Positions 20,307 to 31,268 of a stretch of DNA of 64,000 bases are shown in pieces; positions within the stretch are counted from its first letter, which is position 1; each line of letters begins with the position of its first letter. Under the pieces are notes generated by a model. The model worked only from the letters and a program-made list of their open reading frames with translations, was not told the origin of the DNA and ran no database searches. The position numbers and the translations under genes were made by a program. The DNA comes from Candidatus Woesearchaeota archaeon (lineage in GTDB: Archaea > Nanobdellota > Nanobdellia > SCGC-AAA011-G17 > JACPNG01), in assembly GCA_018303485.1 (NCBI GenBank), contig JAGVYC010000014.1, positions 425 through 64,424 on the forward strand, in the 5' to 3' direction.

Positions 20307-23300
20307 ATGAAAGAGTATTTTGATAATATAAACAGCAATCTGGCAAGCATATATTCTATAGCAAGGGCCGCAAAGAAAATGGGCTATGATCCAATTGATG
20401 ATGTTGAAACACCTCTTGCAAAAAACATGGCTGAGCGCATAGTAGGCATAATTTCTATTGTCGCCCCGCAAATAAAAGATAGCAATATAGTAGAAAGGCT
20501 ATTTGAACTGGAAAAGGAATATGGCGCTCAAGATTGGAGGGTTGCATTAAAAATTTCTGAAGAGGTAGCAAATGAAAAATTCTGCAAGTTTTCCAGCAAG
20601 AAAGAAGCCATGGAAGTAGGCATAAGAGTAGGCATAGCATACATAACAGTGGGTGTTGTCGCTAGCCCAATAGAGGGTTTTGTAGAGCTGAAATTCAGAA
20701 AAAGAAAAGACAACAAGGATTACATGGCTTTGTTTTACTCTGGTCCCATAAGAAGCGCAGGCGGTACAGCCGGTGCAGTTTCAGTCTTGATTGCTGACTA
20801 TATTAGGTGCAAAATGGGTTTAAGCACTTATGATATTACAGACCTAGAAGTAAAAAGAACAGTAACAGAACTTTATGATTACCATGAAAAAGTTACCAAC
20901 TTGCAGTATCTCCCAACAGAAGAAGAAATTAAGTTTTTATTGGAAAGATTGCCTGTTCAAATAGATGGCGATCCAAGCGAGGATTATGAAGTTAGTAATT
21001 ACAAGGATTTGGAAAGAATAGAAACAAACAGGATAAGAAACGGCGTTTGCCTGGTCATTGGAGAATGCCTTGCTTCAAAAGCCCAAAAATTATTAAAGCA
21101 AATAAATTCATGGGGAGAAGATTTTGGCTTGGAACATTGGTTTTTCCTTGATGATTTTGTCAAGTTGCAAAAAAAATTAAAATCAGCCGGCGCAGTTAAA
21201 GACGAAAATATAAAATTAGCGCCAGATTATACATTTATTAAGGATATTGTTGCTGGCCGCCCGATCTTGACATACCCTCTTGCAACAGGTGGTTTTAGAT
21301 TAAGATATGGCAGAACAAGAACATCAGGATTTTCTTCTGATGCAATTCATCCGAGTACAATGGTAATATTGGACAATTACATTGCCATAGGAACTCAATT
21401 AAAAACAGAGCGCCCGGGAAAATCAACAGTAATCAGCATATGCGATAAATTAGAAGGTCCGATTGTCAAGTTAAAAAATGGAGATGTTTTGTTTATAGAA
21501 GACGTAGATTCAGCAATAAAAATAAAAAATGAAATAGACGAAGTTTTATTCCTCGGTGATATTTTAATCAACTATGGTGATTTTTTCAACAGAGCCCATA
21601 AACTAGTACCCTGTGGTTATAATGAAGAATGGTACGCATTGGAACTTGAAAAAATAAATGCAGAGGATGCAAGGTTAAAAGAAATTATAAACAACCCTTA
21701 TGCAAAATATGATATAGACGATATAACAAGGATTGCTATACAATATGACGTGCCATTACATCCAAGATATACGTATCATTGGAAGGATATAAGCTACAGG
21801 CAATTTACAAGTTTCCTTAATTGGTATAAAACATCAGCAGGTTCAAATGACAAAATAATCCTTCCATTAAACCAAAGCATAGTTGTTGAAATAGACTTAG
21901 ATCCAAAAAGAGTTTTAGAATTGCTGGGCATACCCCACAAAGTTATAGCAAAAGAGCACATTATAATAGAAGGCGATGATGCAAAAGCAGTATTGTTTTA
22001 TTTCCGTAATCTTGACGTCTTTGAATTTGATGATGACAAAGATGTTTTATCAATAATAAACAAGCTTGCAGGCGTTAAAATAAGGGACAAATCAGGAACT
22101 TTCATAGGAGCAAGAATGGGCAGGCCGGAAAAAGCAAAAATAAGAAAATTAACAGGCAGCCCGCAAGTTCTTTTTTCAGTAGGCAAAGAAGGAGGCAAGA
22201 TGCGCAACCTTCAGGAAACATTGAAAATAGGCAAAATAGTAGCTGATTTTCCATTAAGATACTGTGAAACTTGCAGCAGGGAAACAATCTATCCAATATG
22301 CGAAAGCTGCAGCCAAAAAACAAAGCAAAATTATTACTGCTTTCACTGCAAAAAAACATACAATATACCTTGTTCTATGCATGAATCAGTCAATCATAAA
22401 TCAACTGAAATTGATATTAACTACTATTTCAAAAAAGCACTTGAAAAACTTAATTTAAGCGAATATCAGGAAATGATAAAGGGGGTTAGAGGCATTTCCA
22501 ATCAAGATAGCATACCAGAGCATTTGGTCAAGGGCATTCTAAGAAGCAAATACAACCTTTATGTAAACAAAGATGGCACAATAAGGTATGATATGACTGA
22601 GATGGCAATAACACATTTCAAGCCAAAAGAAATTGGAACTGGCATAGACACATTAAAAAAATTAGGATATACAAAAGATATTCATGGCAATGATTTAACA
22701 AATAACTCTCAAATCTTGGAGCTAAAACCACAAGATGTAATATTGCCAGCATGCAAAGAAAGTCTTGAAGAAGGTGCTGATGAAGTCCTTTTCAGGGTTT
22801 CAAAATTCATAGATGAGCTTTTAGTCAAGCTTTACAAGCAGAAAGAATTTTACAATTTAAAATCAAAAGAAGACTTAGTTAGCCATTACATAGTCGCAAT
22901 ATCCCCGCATACATCAGCAGGAATGGTCGGAAGAATAATAGGATTTTCAAAAACACAAGGATTTTTTGCGCACCCACTTCTACATAGTATTCTTAGGCGC
23001 GACGCAGATGGCGATGAGGCCTGCGTGATTCTTTTGATGGACTCACTCCTAAATTTTTCAAGAAAATTCCTGCCCCATAGCCGAGGATCTACACAAGACG
23101 CCCCATTAGTTCTTACATCAACATTAATCCCAAAAGAAGTTGATAACATGATTTTTGACATGGACATTGCCTGGAAATATCCCCTCGAGCTCTATGAAGC
23201 GGCATTAGAATATAAAAATCCATGGGAGGTTAAGATAGAAAAATTCGGCGATAATCTGGATACAGAAAAGCAATATTCTGGCCTTGGATTTACAATGGAC

Positions 23301-23750
23301 ACAGATGATTTAAACAATGGCATAAGGCATAGTGCTTATAAGTCAATTCCTTCAATGAGGGATAAAGTTCGGGGGCAGATGGTTATCGCAGAAAAACTTC
23401 GTGCTGTTAATGAAGATGATGTTGCTCGTTTGCTAATAGAAAGGCATTTTATACGTGATATCAGGGGAAACTTAAGAAAATTCTCCCAGCAGGAATTTAG
23501 GTGTGTTGCATGCAATGAAAAATATAGAAGGCCGCCTTTAATGGGCAGATGCTTGAAATGCAACGGCCGTTTAATATTCACGATTGCAGAAGGCAGCATA
23601 GTGAAATATTTAGAGCCAAGCTTTGATCTTGCAGAAAAATATACATTACCACCATACCTAAACCAGGTTTTGCACATAACAAGGAAAAGAATAGAAAGCA
23701 TCTTCGGCAAAGATCCTGAAAAACAAGAAGGCCTTACAAAATGGTTCTAA
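20307..23750 (+). CDS. DNA polymerase II (PolD) large subunit DP2
   Basis: 1147 aa; Cys4 clusters 'CETCSRETIYPICESC' and 'CVACNEK...CLKCNG'; follows DP1 as in Thermococcales oriC-cdc6-polD arrangement. Confidence 0.85.
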   Translation: MKEYFDNINSNLASIYSIARAAKKMGYDPIDDVETPLAKNMAERIVGIISIVAPQIKDSNIVERLFELEKEYGAQDWRVALKISEEVANEKFCKFSSKKEAMEVGIRVGIAYITVGVVASPIEGFVELKFRKRKDNKDYMALFYSGPIRSAGGTAGAVSVLIADYIRCKMGLSTYDITDLEVKRTVTELYDYHEKVTNLQYLPTEEEIKFLLERLPVQIDGDPSEDYEVSNYKDLERIETNRIRNGVCLVIGECLASKAQKLLKQINSWGEDFGLEHWFFLDDFVKLQKKLKSAGAVKDENIKLAPDYTFIKDIVAGRPILTYPLATGGFRLRYGRTRTSGFSSDAIHPSTMVILDNYIAIGTQLKTERPGKSTVISICDKLEGPIVKLKNGDVLFIEDVDSAIKIKNEIDEVLFLGDILINYGDFFNRAHKLVPCGYNEEWYALELEKINAEDARLKEIINNPYAKYDIDDITRIAIQYDVPLHPRYTYHWKDISYRQFTSFLNWYKTSAGSNDKIILPLNQSIVVEIDLDPKRVLELLGIPHKVIAKEHIIIEGDDAKAVLFYFRNLDVFEFDDDKDVLSIINKLAGVKIRDKSGTFIGARMGRPEKAKIRKLTGSPQVLFSVGKEGGKMRNLQETLKIGKIVADFPLRYCETCSRETIYPICESCSQKTKQNYYCFHCKKTYNIPCSMHESVNHKSTEIDINYYFKKALEKLNLSEYQEMIKGVRGISNQDSIPEHLVKGILRSKYNLYVNKDGTIRYDMTEMAITHFKPKEIGTGIDTLKKLGYTKDIHGNDLTNNSQILELKPQDVILPACKESLEEGADEVLFRVSKFIDELLVKLYKQKEFYNLKSKEDLVSHYIVAISPHTSAGMVGRIIGFSKTQGFFAHPLLHSILRRDADGDEACVILLMDSLLNFSRKFLPHSRGSTQDAPLVLTSTLIPKEVDNMIFDMDIAWKYPLELYEAALEYKNPWEVKIEKFGDNLDTEKQYSGLGFTMDTDDLNNGIRHSAYKSIPSMRDKVRGQMVIAEKLRAVNEDDVARLLIERHFIRDIRGNLRKFSQQEFRCVACNEKYRRPPLMGRCLKCNGRLIFTIAEGSIVKYLEPSFDLAEKYTLPPYLNQVLHITRKRIESIFGKDPEKQEGLTKWF

Positions 23751-24970
23751 AGCAAGTAATAAAATATAATTGGTATTATCAAGCAAGCCATTAAATGATT
23801 TCTGCTCACTTTTTTAACAATTGGCATAATTCCTATTGCAGCGCCGATCAACAATATAAAAACACCGCTTAACTTGGATATAAATAATACCAATAAAAAA
23901 ATAAATAAAATAAGGCCATATGAAACTATTTTGTAATTAATTTTCTCTATAAATTTAACAAAAACCCTCGCCAACAAAATGCTTATTATTGCAGCAATGC
24001 CTGCAGCAAATAAAACCTCGCCAATAAACAAAACCAAATATTCTGTTAAACTAGAATAAAACACATTTGCCATGATTGCAACAGCACCATTTCTTGCCTT
24101 GTTAATTGTAAATAAAGCTATAATTGCTATTATCATTACTATGGAATTTATAGCGCTTACTAAAACAATATAGCTTCTTTTTCCATACCTCCTTGAAAAT
24201 GAAGTTGCTAATACAGATGCTTGCGCACTCCCCATTCCTGGCAGAAAACCAACGAGCAATGAAGCAAAAACACTGTTTGACAAGATTTTAAAAATTCTTA
24301 TAGTTTTTAATTTCACTTTTGTTATGAACTGCTTTGGTATGATTGCATAATTGCTTATGCTGATTATTAATGAGCTTATCCCAAACAAGCCAGAAAACAT
24401 AGGAAACAAAACCTCATTTACATTTAAATTAAATGCAGCTATCCCAAACAAGCCAGAGATAAAAACTATAATTAACGCCCAAATTTTGTTCTTTTCTTTC
24501 ACAACAAGAATTATCAATGAAATTATCAGGATATATGGTATTAAATTCTTTATATTTCTATAAACAGCACCAGCACCAGCAAAAATAATAGGGGATAATG
24601 GTACTATGATTAAGATTCCAAACAAGCATCCAGCTACAGCAAGGAATATTGCTTCATAAGCCTTGCCATCTAGTAGCATTCTTTGTGCAGGCAATAGCAT
24701 AATTGCATCATCAGCATTTGCAACACCCAAAAATGTTGCTGGTATAAAGTCAACAAATATATGAGTTACAGCAATAGCCAATATTGACACAGCAGCAAAT
24801 AATGGGTTAACATTAATTAATGGCAATAAAGCAGCAATGCTTATGGCTACAAGGTTAATATGCATGCCTGGCAGTATGCCTGTTAAAATACCTATTGCAA
24901 CACCCAAAACAATAAAAATTATAAATTCAAATATCATACTATAGGCCGTATTTTTCCTTTTAATAAGCAT
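23747..24970 (-). CDS. polytopic membrane transporter-like protein (TctA/DUF112-like)
   Basis: 407 aa, ~10 TM, repeated 'GxLPGxG' patterns typical of TctA-family proteins; assignment by motif resemblance only. Confidence 0.45.
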   Translation of the reverse strand: MLIKRKNTAYSMIFEFIIFIVLGVAIGILTGILPGMHINLVAISIAALLPLINVNPLFAAVSILAIAVTHIFVDFIPATFLGVANADDAIMLLPAQRMLLDGKAYEAIFLAVAGCLFGILIIVPLSPIIFAGAGAVYRNIKNLIPYILIISLIILVVKEKNKIWALIIVFISGLFGIAAFNLNVNEVLFPMFSGLFGISSLIISISNYAIIPKQFITKVKLKTIRIFKILSNSVFASLLVGFLPGMGSAQASVLATSFSRRYGKRSYIVLVSAINSIVMIIAIIALFTINKARNGAVAIMANVFYSSLTEYLVLFIGEVLFAAGIAAIISILLARVFVKFIEKINYKIVSYGLILFIFLLVLFISKLSGVFILLIGAAIGIMPIVKKVSRNHLMACLIIPIIFYYLL

Positions 24971-25084
24971 TAATCAAGAAAAACCGCAGAATATTCAGGC
25001 TAACCGAAAGCTTTTTAAGATTTTGTACCACTCCAAAGTGGATCTGAAAGTACATAGTTGGAAAATAAGAACAAGAGTTAAAAA

Positions 25085-27118
25085 ATGAAAGAAGGCGAAC
25101 AAAATAAAGTAAAAGTAGATTTTGCTAAGTTGATGGACTATGCTAAAAAGCTAGGTATATATCATACAGCACAAAAGGGTTTTGATGAAAGTGTAACAGA
25201 TCATAGCAGCAAGATAGATTCAACATTAGTTGAATTTGCTGGTAGCTACCCTATTTTTTATGAAATTCTTGAGATATTATCAACAGATCCTCTCGGTAAA
25301 GAAAAATTATCTGGTATAAAGGAAAAATTTAATGGGTTAAGAAAAGACATCGAAGATAATTATCAAAAAAATGTATTGAGATTTAGCAATGAAAGAAAGA
25401 CGCTTGAAGATCGCCTGCAAAATATAGTCAGCCACATTGCCAATAAATCAGAAGACATGTTGCATTTGAGAAGCGTATTTCCTGAGCTATTTGAAGAAAG
25501 TGAGGACCAAAAAGAAACACCAAAACACGAGGTTAGTCTATTAGAAAAGACAGTAGAAAAACTTAAAACTGCAGAATACAGCACAAATAAAAAGTTAAAT
25601 GTCGTAAAAGAGCAAGAAGGTTCATATATAAAAACATATAATAAAACAAAATTAATTCTTACAAGAACAGAAGCAGCATTAACTGCAAAAGTGGATATTG
25701 GCGGTTTTAATCATACATTTAAATTAGATAAATTATTTGAACAAGCTCCTGAACAAGCTCCTGAACAAGCTTATGAAGAAAAAATTTCAAAGTTAAAAGA
25801 AATTATTTCCGTTTCAGGATCCAGAGATTATGCAACAGCTAAAATATCAACATTAGCAAAATTAGGATTATTATCATTAGCTACATTTGTAACAGCCTTA
25901 GGCTTTTATTATGGTTCTAAAAATCTAAAGCGTTCAATCATACAACCTGTTAAAAAAGAAGCAATAGTTTATGAAATGCCAAAACCAACACCATTACCAA
26001 TACCTACCATTATAGGTTTACAAATGCAAGAAACAGCCCAAGATACAATAACTCCTGCTCCAACACCAGTAATTACAGAAAAGCAAAAACAATCTCAAAT
26101 AGAAACAGTACCACAAATACAAATTGTTGAGAAACAAGAAGAAGAAAAGCAGCAAGAGGCAGCCAAAACCAGAAAAGACAAAACAATCAAGATTCAAGCT
26201 CAAAAAGGATGGGGGTTTAGCAACTATGCTGCTATTAATCTAGGCTTCACAAGTTTCGAAGAATTAAGCAAAATGAAGCATAAAGAAAAAATGAAATTAT
26301 ATAATAATCTTCCAGCAGATCAAAGAAAAAGTTTAGAATATGAAGTTGACAGAATATGGAAAGACAATAAAAATGAAAAAGGTTTCAGCAAAACAAACAA
26401 GCATTATATAGCTTCAAATGCAGGGCTCATAGTTACCTCCCTTGATGAAGGAGTATACAATCAATATGCATTTATTAAATTTGATATTGGCAAACTAGTT
26501 GAAATTGCACAAGTTGCTGAACAACCTCAAAAACTAGAAGAAAAAATAACAATGCAAGAAGAAAAGAGATCTGAAACAACAAAAAAATCAAATCTTGTTG
26601 CAGAATATAAAATAGAAAGAGCCAATAAAAACTGCCTGGGCGACTGGAATAAAGATAATGTTGAATTATCATCAGAAGAATTAAAGAAAAAGTATGAAGC
26701 ATTGCTAGACATGACAAGAAAACCACTATGCGCATATTTCAATATATACAACAACACTTATATCAAGATGTATGGAAAAACAAACCAAGCTATGATCTCA
26801 GCATGGAATAATTACAGATTAACAAAAAACATAGACCAATTTAGAAATTCCATTAAAGAATCATTGAAGAGCTTGCATTTAAGCAGGGATAAAAGCAACA
26901 GATTGAGGGTAAAAACACCTAAAGAAAGTATAGATTCAAATAAAGTAGCAGGTGTTTATATCAACGCATCTCAAGTTCAGGGTATTATGATCGCATTGGA
27001 ATCTGACCTTAATATTTACATCAATGGGGCAAGCAACAAAGATGATAATAGATTTAAAGATGATATGAATTCAATCTATTGGATAATTTCAGATTACAAG
27101 AGCTCTTTAAAACTATAA
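25085..27118 (+). CDS. large single-pass membrane-anchored coiled-coil protein with Pro/Thr-rich linker, unknown function
   Basis: 677 aa; one central TM 'LAKLGLLSLATFVTALGFYYG'; tandem EQAP-EQAP-EQA repeat; K/E-rich extracytoplasmic half with 2 Cys. Confidence 0.55.
   Translation: MKEGEQNKVKVDFAKLMDYAKKLGIYHTAQKGFDESVTDHSSKIDSTLVEFAGSYPIFYEILEILSTDPLGKEKLSGIKEKFNGLRKDIEDNYQKNVLRFSNERKTLEDRLQNIVSHIANKSEDMLHLRSVFPELFEESEDQKETPKHEVSLLEKTVEKLKTAEYSTNKKLNVVKEQEGSYIKTYNKTKLILTRTEAALTAKVDIGGFNHTFKLDKLFEQAPEQAPEQAYEEKISKLKEIISVSGSRDYATAKISTLAKLGLLSLATFVTALGFYYGSKNLKRSIIQPVKKEAIVYEMPKPTPLPIPTIIGLQMQETAQDTITPAPTPVITEKQKQSQIETVPQIQIVEKQEEEKQQEAAKTRKDKTIKIQAQKGWGFSNYAAINLGFTSFEELSKMKHKEKMKLYNNLPADQRKSLEYEVDRIWKDNKNEKGFSKTNKHYIASNAGLIVTSLDEGVYNQYAFIKFDIGKLVEIAQVAEQPQKLEEKITMQEEKRSETTKKSNLVAEYKIERANKNCLGDWNKDNVELSSEELKKKYEALLDMTRKPLCAYFNIYNNTYIKMYGKTNQAMISAWNNYRLTKNIDQFRNSIKESLKSLHLSRDKSNRLRVKTPKESIDSNKVAGVYINASQVQGIMIALESDLNIYINGASNKDDNRFKDDMNSIYWIISDYKSSLKL
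25739..25772 (+). repeat. 12-nt in-frame tandem repeat GAACAAGCTCCT x2.8 (encodes EQAPEQAPEQA)
   Basis: gaacaagctcct gaacaagctcct gaacaagctt read directly within 25085..27118. Confidence 0.9.
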
Positions 27119-27463
27119 CTTTTTAATTAAATCAGCTTCAATTTCTAATTCATTATCATATTTTTTAACAAAGCCAGTAATTTCTACAATGTCATTCTTG
27201 AATATTTGAATTTTATCCTCATCTTTGTAAGCTATAACTTTAATAGAACCACTATCATCTTTTATTCCAAGTATTGCAATATTCGTTAGTTCCCTTTTAT
27301 ATTCAACAATGCCTTTAATCTTAACATTCTTTTCCAATAAAGATTCATTGACTGAAACTATACTTGATTCAGAAAAATCAATCTTTTCAACCATAATAAT
27401 CATTATAAACATCCCAATTAACGAAGTGCTTATTGCAATCTTGAACAATGTCTTTTCTTCCAT
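27113..27463 (-). CDS. small N-terminally anchored protein (116 aa)
   Basis: N-terminal TM then beta-rich domain; overlaps preceding gene end by 6 nt. Confidence 0.4.
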   Translation of the reverse strand: MEEKTLFKIAISTSLIGMFIMIIMVEKIDFSESSIVSVNESLLEKNVKIKGIVEYKRELTNIAILGIKDDSGSIKVIAYKDEDKIQIFKNDIVEITGFVKKYDNELEIEADLIKKL

Positions 27464-27612
27464 GCCATAATTTTAAAACAAGTCCATTCATAAAGACATC
27501 TTAAAAATTTGCGTAAAAACACATTATCAACTCGAAAGTCTTCCATAAAACCTAATAGCAAATAACAAACTCTCCAGATAATTTTATAAAGTTATAACAT
27601 AAGCTTAATCAT

Positions 27613-28746
27613 ATGGACATAGAAGCAAAATTAAAATTGATAAAGAGAAACGCAGAAGAAATAATGACAGAAGAAGATATGAAGCATCTTTTAGAAACAG
27701 GCGAAAAATTAAAACACTATATAGGTTTTGAAATTTCTGGAAAGATTCATATTGGCACAGGGATAATGTGCATGTCTAAGGTAAAGGATTTTCAGGATGC
27801 AGGCGTGAACTGCTCTATATTCTTGGCAGATTGGCACTCGTGGATAAATGATAAATTAGGTGGTGATTTAGAGACAATCAAAAAAGTTGCAGTAAACTAT
27901 TTTAAAGAAGGATTAACAGCAAGCTTAAAATGTGTTGGTGGTGATCCAGAAAAAATTAAATTTATATTGGGCAGCGAACTATATCATAATAATGATAAAT
28001 ATTGGCAAACTATGATTGAAATTAGCAAAAATATTTCTTTAAGTAGGATAAGTAGAAGCATAACTATAGCTGGCAGAAAAGAAGGTGAAGCAGTAGACTT
28101 TGCAAAAATGATTTATCCTCCAATGCAAGTCGCAGATATCTTTATACAAGGTTTAAACATGCCTCATGCAGGTTTAGATCAAAGAAAGGCCCAGGTAATA
28201 GCAAGAGATGTTGCATTAAAGCTTAAAATAAGTCCGATAAAGAACAAAAAAGGCGAGGTTATAAAACCAGTTGCAGTCCACCATCATCTTATATTAGGCT
28301 TAAAAAAGCCGCCCGTTTGGCCAGTTCCAGAAGAAAACCTTCAAGAGCTGTGGTCATCACTAAAAATGTCGAAATCCATTCCAGATTCAGCTATATTCAT
28401 AACAGATGAGGCATCAGAAATTGAAAGAAAGATAAACTCAGCCTTTTGTATGGAAGGAGAAATAAAATTTAATCCTATTTTAGATTGGACCAAACACCTT
28501 TTATTCAGGGATGACAAATTTGTTTTAGAAATTGACAGACCAGAAAAATTCGGTGGTAATATTTCCCTTGAATCATATGCCGAACTAGAAAAAGCATTTG
28601 TAGATAGAAAATTACATCCAATGGATTTAAAGAAGGCTGTTGCGCGAGAGATAACAAAGCTTCTTGAACCAGCAAGAAAGCATTTTGAACAGCCTAAATT
28701 CAAAAAGATGAAAGATGAAATGGAAAAGCTTCTGATAACAAGATAA
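27613..28746 (+). CDS. class Ic aminoacyl-tRNA synthetase, tryptophanyl-tRNA synthetase-like (TyrRS not excluded)
   Basis: HIGH-type motif 'GKIHIGTG', 'KMSKS' present verbatim; 377 aa is closer to archaeal TrpRS than TyrRS. Confidence 0.7.
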   Translation: MDIEAKLKLIKRNAEEIMTEEDMKHLLETGEKLKHYIGFEISGKIHIGTGIMCMSKVKDFQDAGVNCSIFLADWHSWINDKLGGDLETIKKVAVNYFKEGLTASLKCVGGDPEKIKFILGSELYHNNDKYWQTMIEISKNISLSRISRSITIAGRKEGEAVDFAKMIYPPMQVADIFIQGLNMPHAGLDQRKAQVIARDVALKLKISPIKNKKGEVIKPVAVHHHLILGLKKPPVWPVPEENLQELWSSLKMSKSIPDSAIFITDEASEIERKINSAFCMEGEIKFNPILDWTKHLLFRDDKFVLEIDRPEKFGGNISLESYAELEKAFVDRKLHPMDLKKAVAREITKLLEPARKHFEQPKFKKMKDEMEKLLITR

Positions 28747-28849
28747 AAATTATTATACTGTTATGCAGAAAACTTTAAAAAGAACATCAACATAAGATAT
28801 GTAAACATGAGGTACCATATTAGTTCTATGATAAAATTAATATTAGCTA

Positions 28850-29983
28850 GTGGTGTTTATGGAAGGTAGCATTAATATAGAAAAAGAGGATAGTGTAGTA
28901 AATAGTGGTTTGGAAAAAGAAAACAGAGTATTAAAAGAAACATTGCTGAATCTGAGAAAAGAGCTGAATAAATTCAATGAAAGGCCATTAGTGGTATGTG
29001 AAGTAAAAAATGTCTTTGGGGATAGAGCCATGATAAAGCTTCCTAATGGCAATAACTTCGTTGTTAATGTTTCAAAAAATTTAATCAATAAAATATCAGC
29101 TTCAGACCTGGTTTTAAGCGAACAAAGATCTTTAACCATAGTTGACAGGCTTGAAAAGATAAAAACCCACAGTGTTGAAAACTTCATCATTATAGAAAAG
29201 CCAAGCATAAAATGGGGAGACCTTGGCGGCTTGGAAGATCAAATAATGGAGATAAAAGAAGTAATAGAGCTCCCATTAAAGAAACCAGAATTATTCAAAG
29301 AAGTCGGCATTGACCCGCCAAAAGGCATCCTGCTGTATGGTCCAAGCGGAACAGGTAAAACATTGCTTGCAAAAGCAGTTGCTTCATCAACAAATGCTAC
29401 ATTCATTGAAATCGTGGGCAGCGAGCTAAACCAAAAATTCATCGGCGAAGGTGCTAAATTAGTAAAAGATATATTCCAATTGGCAAAGGAAAAAGGTCCA
29501 AGCATAATATTCATTGATGAAATAGACGCATTAGCTGCAGAAAGATTGGATATTGGCACTTCAGGAGAGCGCGAAGTCCAGAGAACCTTTATGCAATTCC
29601 TTTCTGAAATAGATGGTTTTAAATCACTTGATAATGTAAAAATCATTGCATCAACAAATAGAATTGATATTTTAGATCCAGCTTTGCTAAGGCCTGGAAG
29701 GTTTGATCGATTAATAGAAGTGCCTCTACCAAAAGCAGAAGCAAGAGAAGATATATTCAAAATACATATGCGCGATATGAGCATGGATGAAGATGTAAAG
29801 CTCCATAGGCTTGTTAAAGATACAGAAGGTTTTTCAGGAGCAGATATAAAAGCAGTATGCACAGAAGCGGGTTATTTAGCAATAAGAGAAAACAGAGTAA
29901 AAGTGTATTTGTCTGACTTCTTAAAATCTATAGAAAAGATTAATGGCAATGACTTTGAAGAAAATAGTATAATGTTTGGTTAA
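28850..29983 (+). CDS. pan: proteasome-activating nucleotidase (PAN, AAA+ ATPase)
   Basis: N-terminal coiled coil plus OB, Walker A 'GPSGTGKTLLAKA', Walker B 'IIFIDEID', second region of homology 'PALLRPGRFDR'. Confidence 0.85.
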   Translation: MVFMEGSINIEKEDSVVNSGLEKENRVLKETLLNLRKELNKFNERPLVVCEVKNVFGDRAMIKLPNGNNFVVNVSKNLINKISASDLVLSEQRSLTIVDRLEKIKTHSVENFIIIEKPSIKWGDLGGLEDQIMEIKEVIELPLKKPELFKEVGIDPPKGILLYGPSGTGKTLLAKAVASSTNATFIEIVGSELNQKFIGEGAKLVKDIFQLAKEKGPSIIFIDEIDALAAERLDIGTSGEREVQRTFMQFLSEIDGFKSLDNVKIIASTNRIDILDPALLRPGRFDRLIEVPLPKAEAREDIFKIHMRDMSMDEDVKLHRLVKDTEGFSGADIKAVCTEAGYLAIRENRVKVYLSDFLKSIEKINGNDFEENSIMFG

Positions 29984-29995
29984 TTATTCTTTCAT

Positions 29996-30739
29996 ATGAA
30001 AAATATATTAAAAATATCCACATCTCAAGGTTCATTAAATAAAAACATAGGTTCTGAATTAGCCCCCTCTGAAATTATAAAGCACATAAAAAAAAAATTC
30101 AAACTATATTCAGTGTTAATTGATAGTCTAAATATGGAAATAACGAACTTAAATATATTCAATTCAGCAACAGGTTTTACTGGCATAATAATTGGAGGTG
30201 ATCATTCAATAACATATTCTGCATTTAAAGCCATGGCAGAAAAATGCAAAAACCCTGGATTAATCATGCTTGACGCTCATGTGGATTGCACCAGTTATAT
30301 TAAGCCACCAAGTCATGAAGATTTTTTAAGAGTTCTTCTGGAAGATAGTATTCTAAAACAAAAAAATACCCTTCTTATAGGTGTTAGAAATGTGTACAAT
30401 GCAGAAAAATCATACATTAAAACGAAAAAAATAAATATAATAACAATGCAAAACATCATAAACTACAAAAAATTCCTGCCATATTTTTCAAAATTAGATG
30501 CAGTATACTTGAGCATAGATATAGATGTTTTAGACCCAAAAATAGCATCAGGCACACATTACAAAGTAAAGGGGGGCATGGGTAAAAAAACAATATTCTC
30601 CATACTGAAAGATATAAAAAAACTAAAAAACCTAAAGATAGTTGATATAGTGGAAGTAAATCCTAAACTGGATAAAGCAAATAAAACAGTCAAAATAGCA
30701 GCAGAATTAATAGATTTTTTTCACCATACTAAAAAATGA
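29996..30739 (+). CDS. arginase/agmatinase-family ureohydrolase (probable agmatinase)
   Basis: Mn-binding motifs 'GGDHSIT', 'DAHVD', 'SIDIDVLDP'. Confidence 0.65.
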   Translation: MKNILKISTSQGSLNKNIGSELAPSEIIKHIKKKFKLYSVLIDSLNMEITNLNIFNSATGFTGIIIGGDHSITYSAFKAMAEKCKNPGLIMLDAHVDCTSYIKPPSHEDFLRVLLEDSILKQKNTLLIGVRNVYNAEKSYIKTKKINIITMQNIINYKKFLPYFSKLDAVYLSIDIDVLDPKIASGTHYKVKGGMGKKTIFSILKDIKKLKNLKIVDIVEVNPKLDKANKTVKIAAELIDFFHHTKK

Positions 30740-31260
30740 GATTATTCATATCAGTTTTAGTAAGCAAAGAAGTAGAAAACTATCTTAAGGAAATACAAAA
30801 GCTATTTTCCAATTCAGGGGATTTTAAATTTACTAAAAGCTTCCATATAACATTAAAATTTCTTGGCTGGGTTGATGATAATAAACTAAAACATATAGAC
30901 AGCCTTCTAAAAGAAATAACTTACAACAGCTTTGAATTGCAGCTAAATAATCTAGGTGTTTTTCCAAGTCCATCAAGCGCAAGAGTGTTATGGGTAGATG
31001 CTATTGGCAGCATAAATGGCTTGCAAAAACAAATAGAGCTAAAATTAAAAAAAGAATTTGGCGAAGAAACAAGATTTAAATCCCATATAACACTTGCCAT
31101 GATAAAAAAAATTAATGATAAAGGCAAATTTAAGGAGCTGCTTTCAAAGGTAAATATTAAAAGCTTAAAATTTCAAGTTTCAGATTTTAGGCTGGTTAAA
31201 AGCGAGCTAAGGATTACAGGCCCAATATATACTGATTTAGCATCTTACAAGCTTAAATAA
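30736..31260 (+). CDS. 2'-5' RNA ligase / 2H phosphoesterase (LigT/ThpR-like)
   Basis: Two H-x-T-x motifs 'HITLKFLG' and 'HITLAMI'; 174 aa; 4-nt overlap with upstream gene. Confidence 0.75.
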   Translation: MRLFISVLVSKEVENYLKEIQKLFSNSGDFKFTKSFHITLKFLGWVDDNKLKHIDSLLKEITYNSFELQLNNLGVFPSPSSARVLWVDAIGSINGLQKQIELKLKKEFGEETRFKSHITLAMIKKINDKGKFKELLSKVNIKSLKFQVSDFRLVKSELRITGPIYTDLASYKLK

Positions 31261-31268
31261 TCATATAA

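Noticed and set aside
25028-25041. Short palindrome CCACTCCAAAGTGG in the 5' leader of the 25085 gene
   Set aside because: It has only a 5-bp stem with a 4-nt loop, which is too weak to call a regulatory hairpin or terminator without transcript data.
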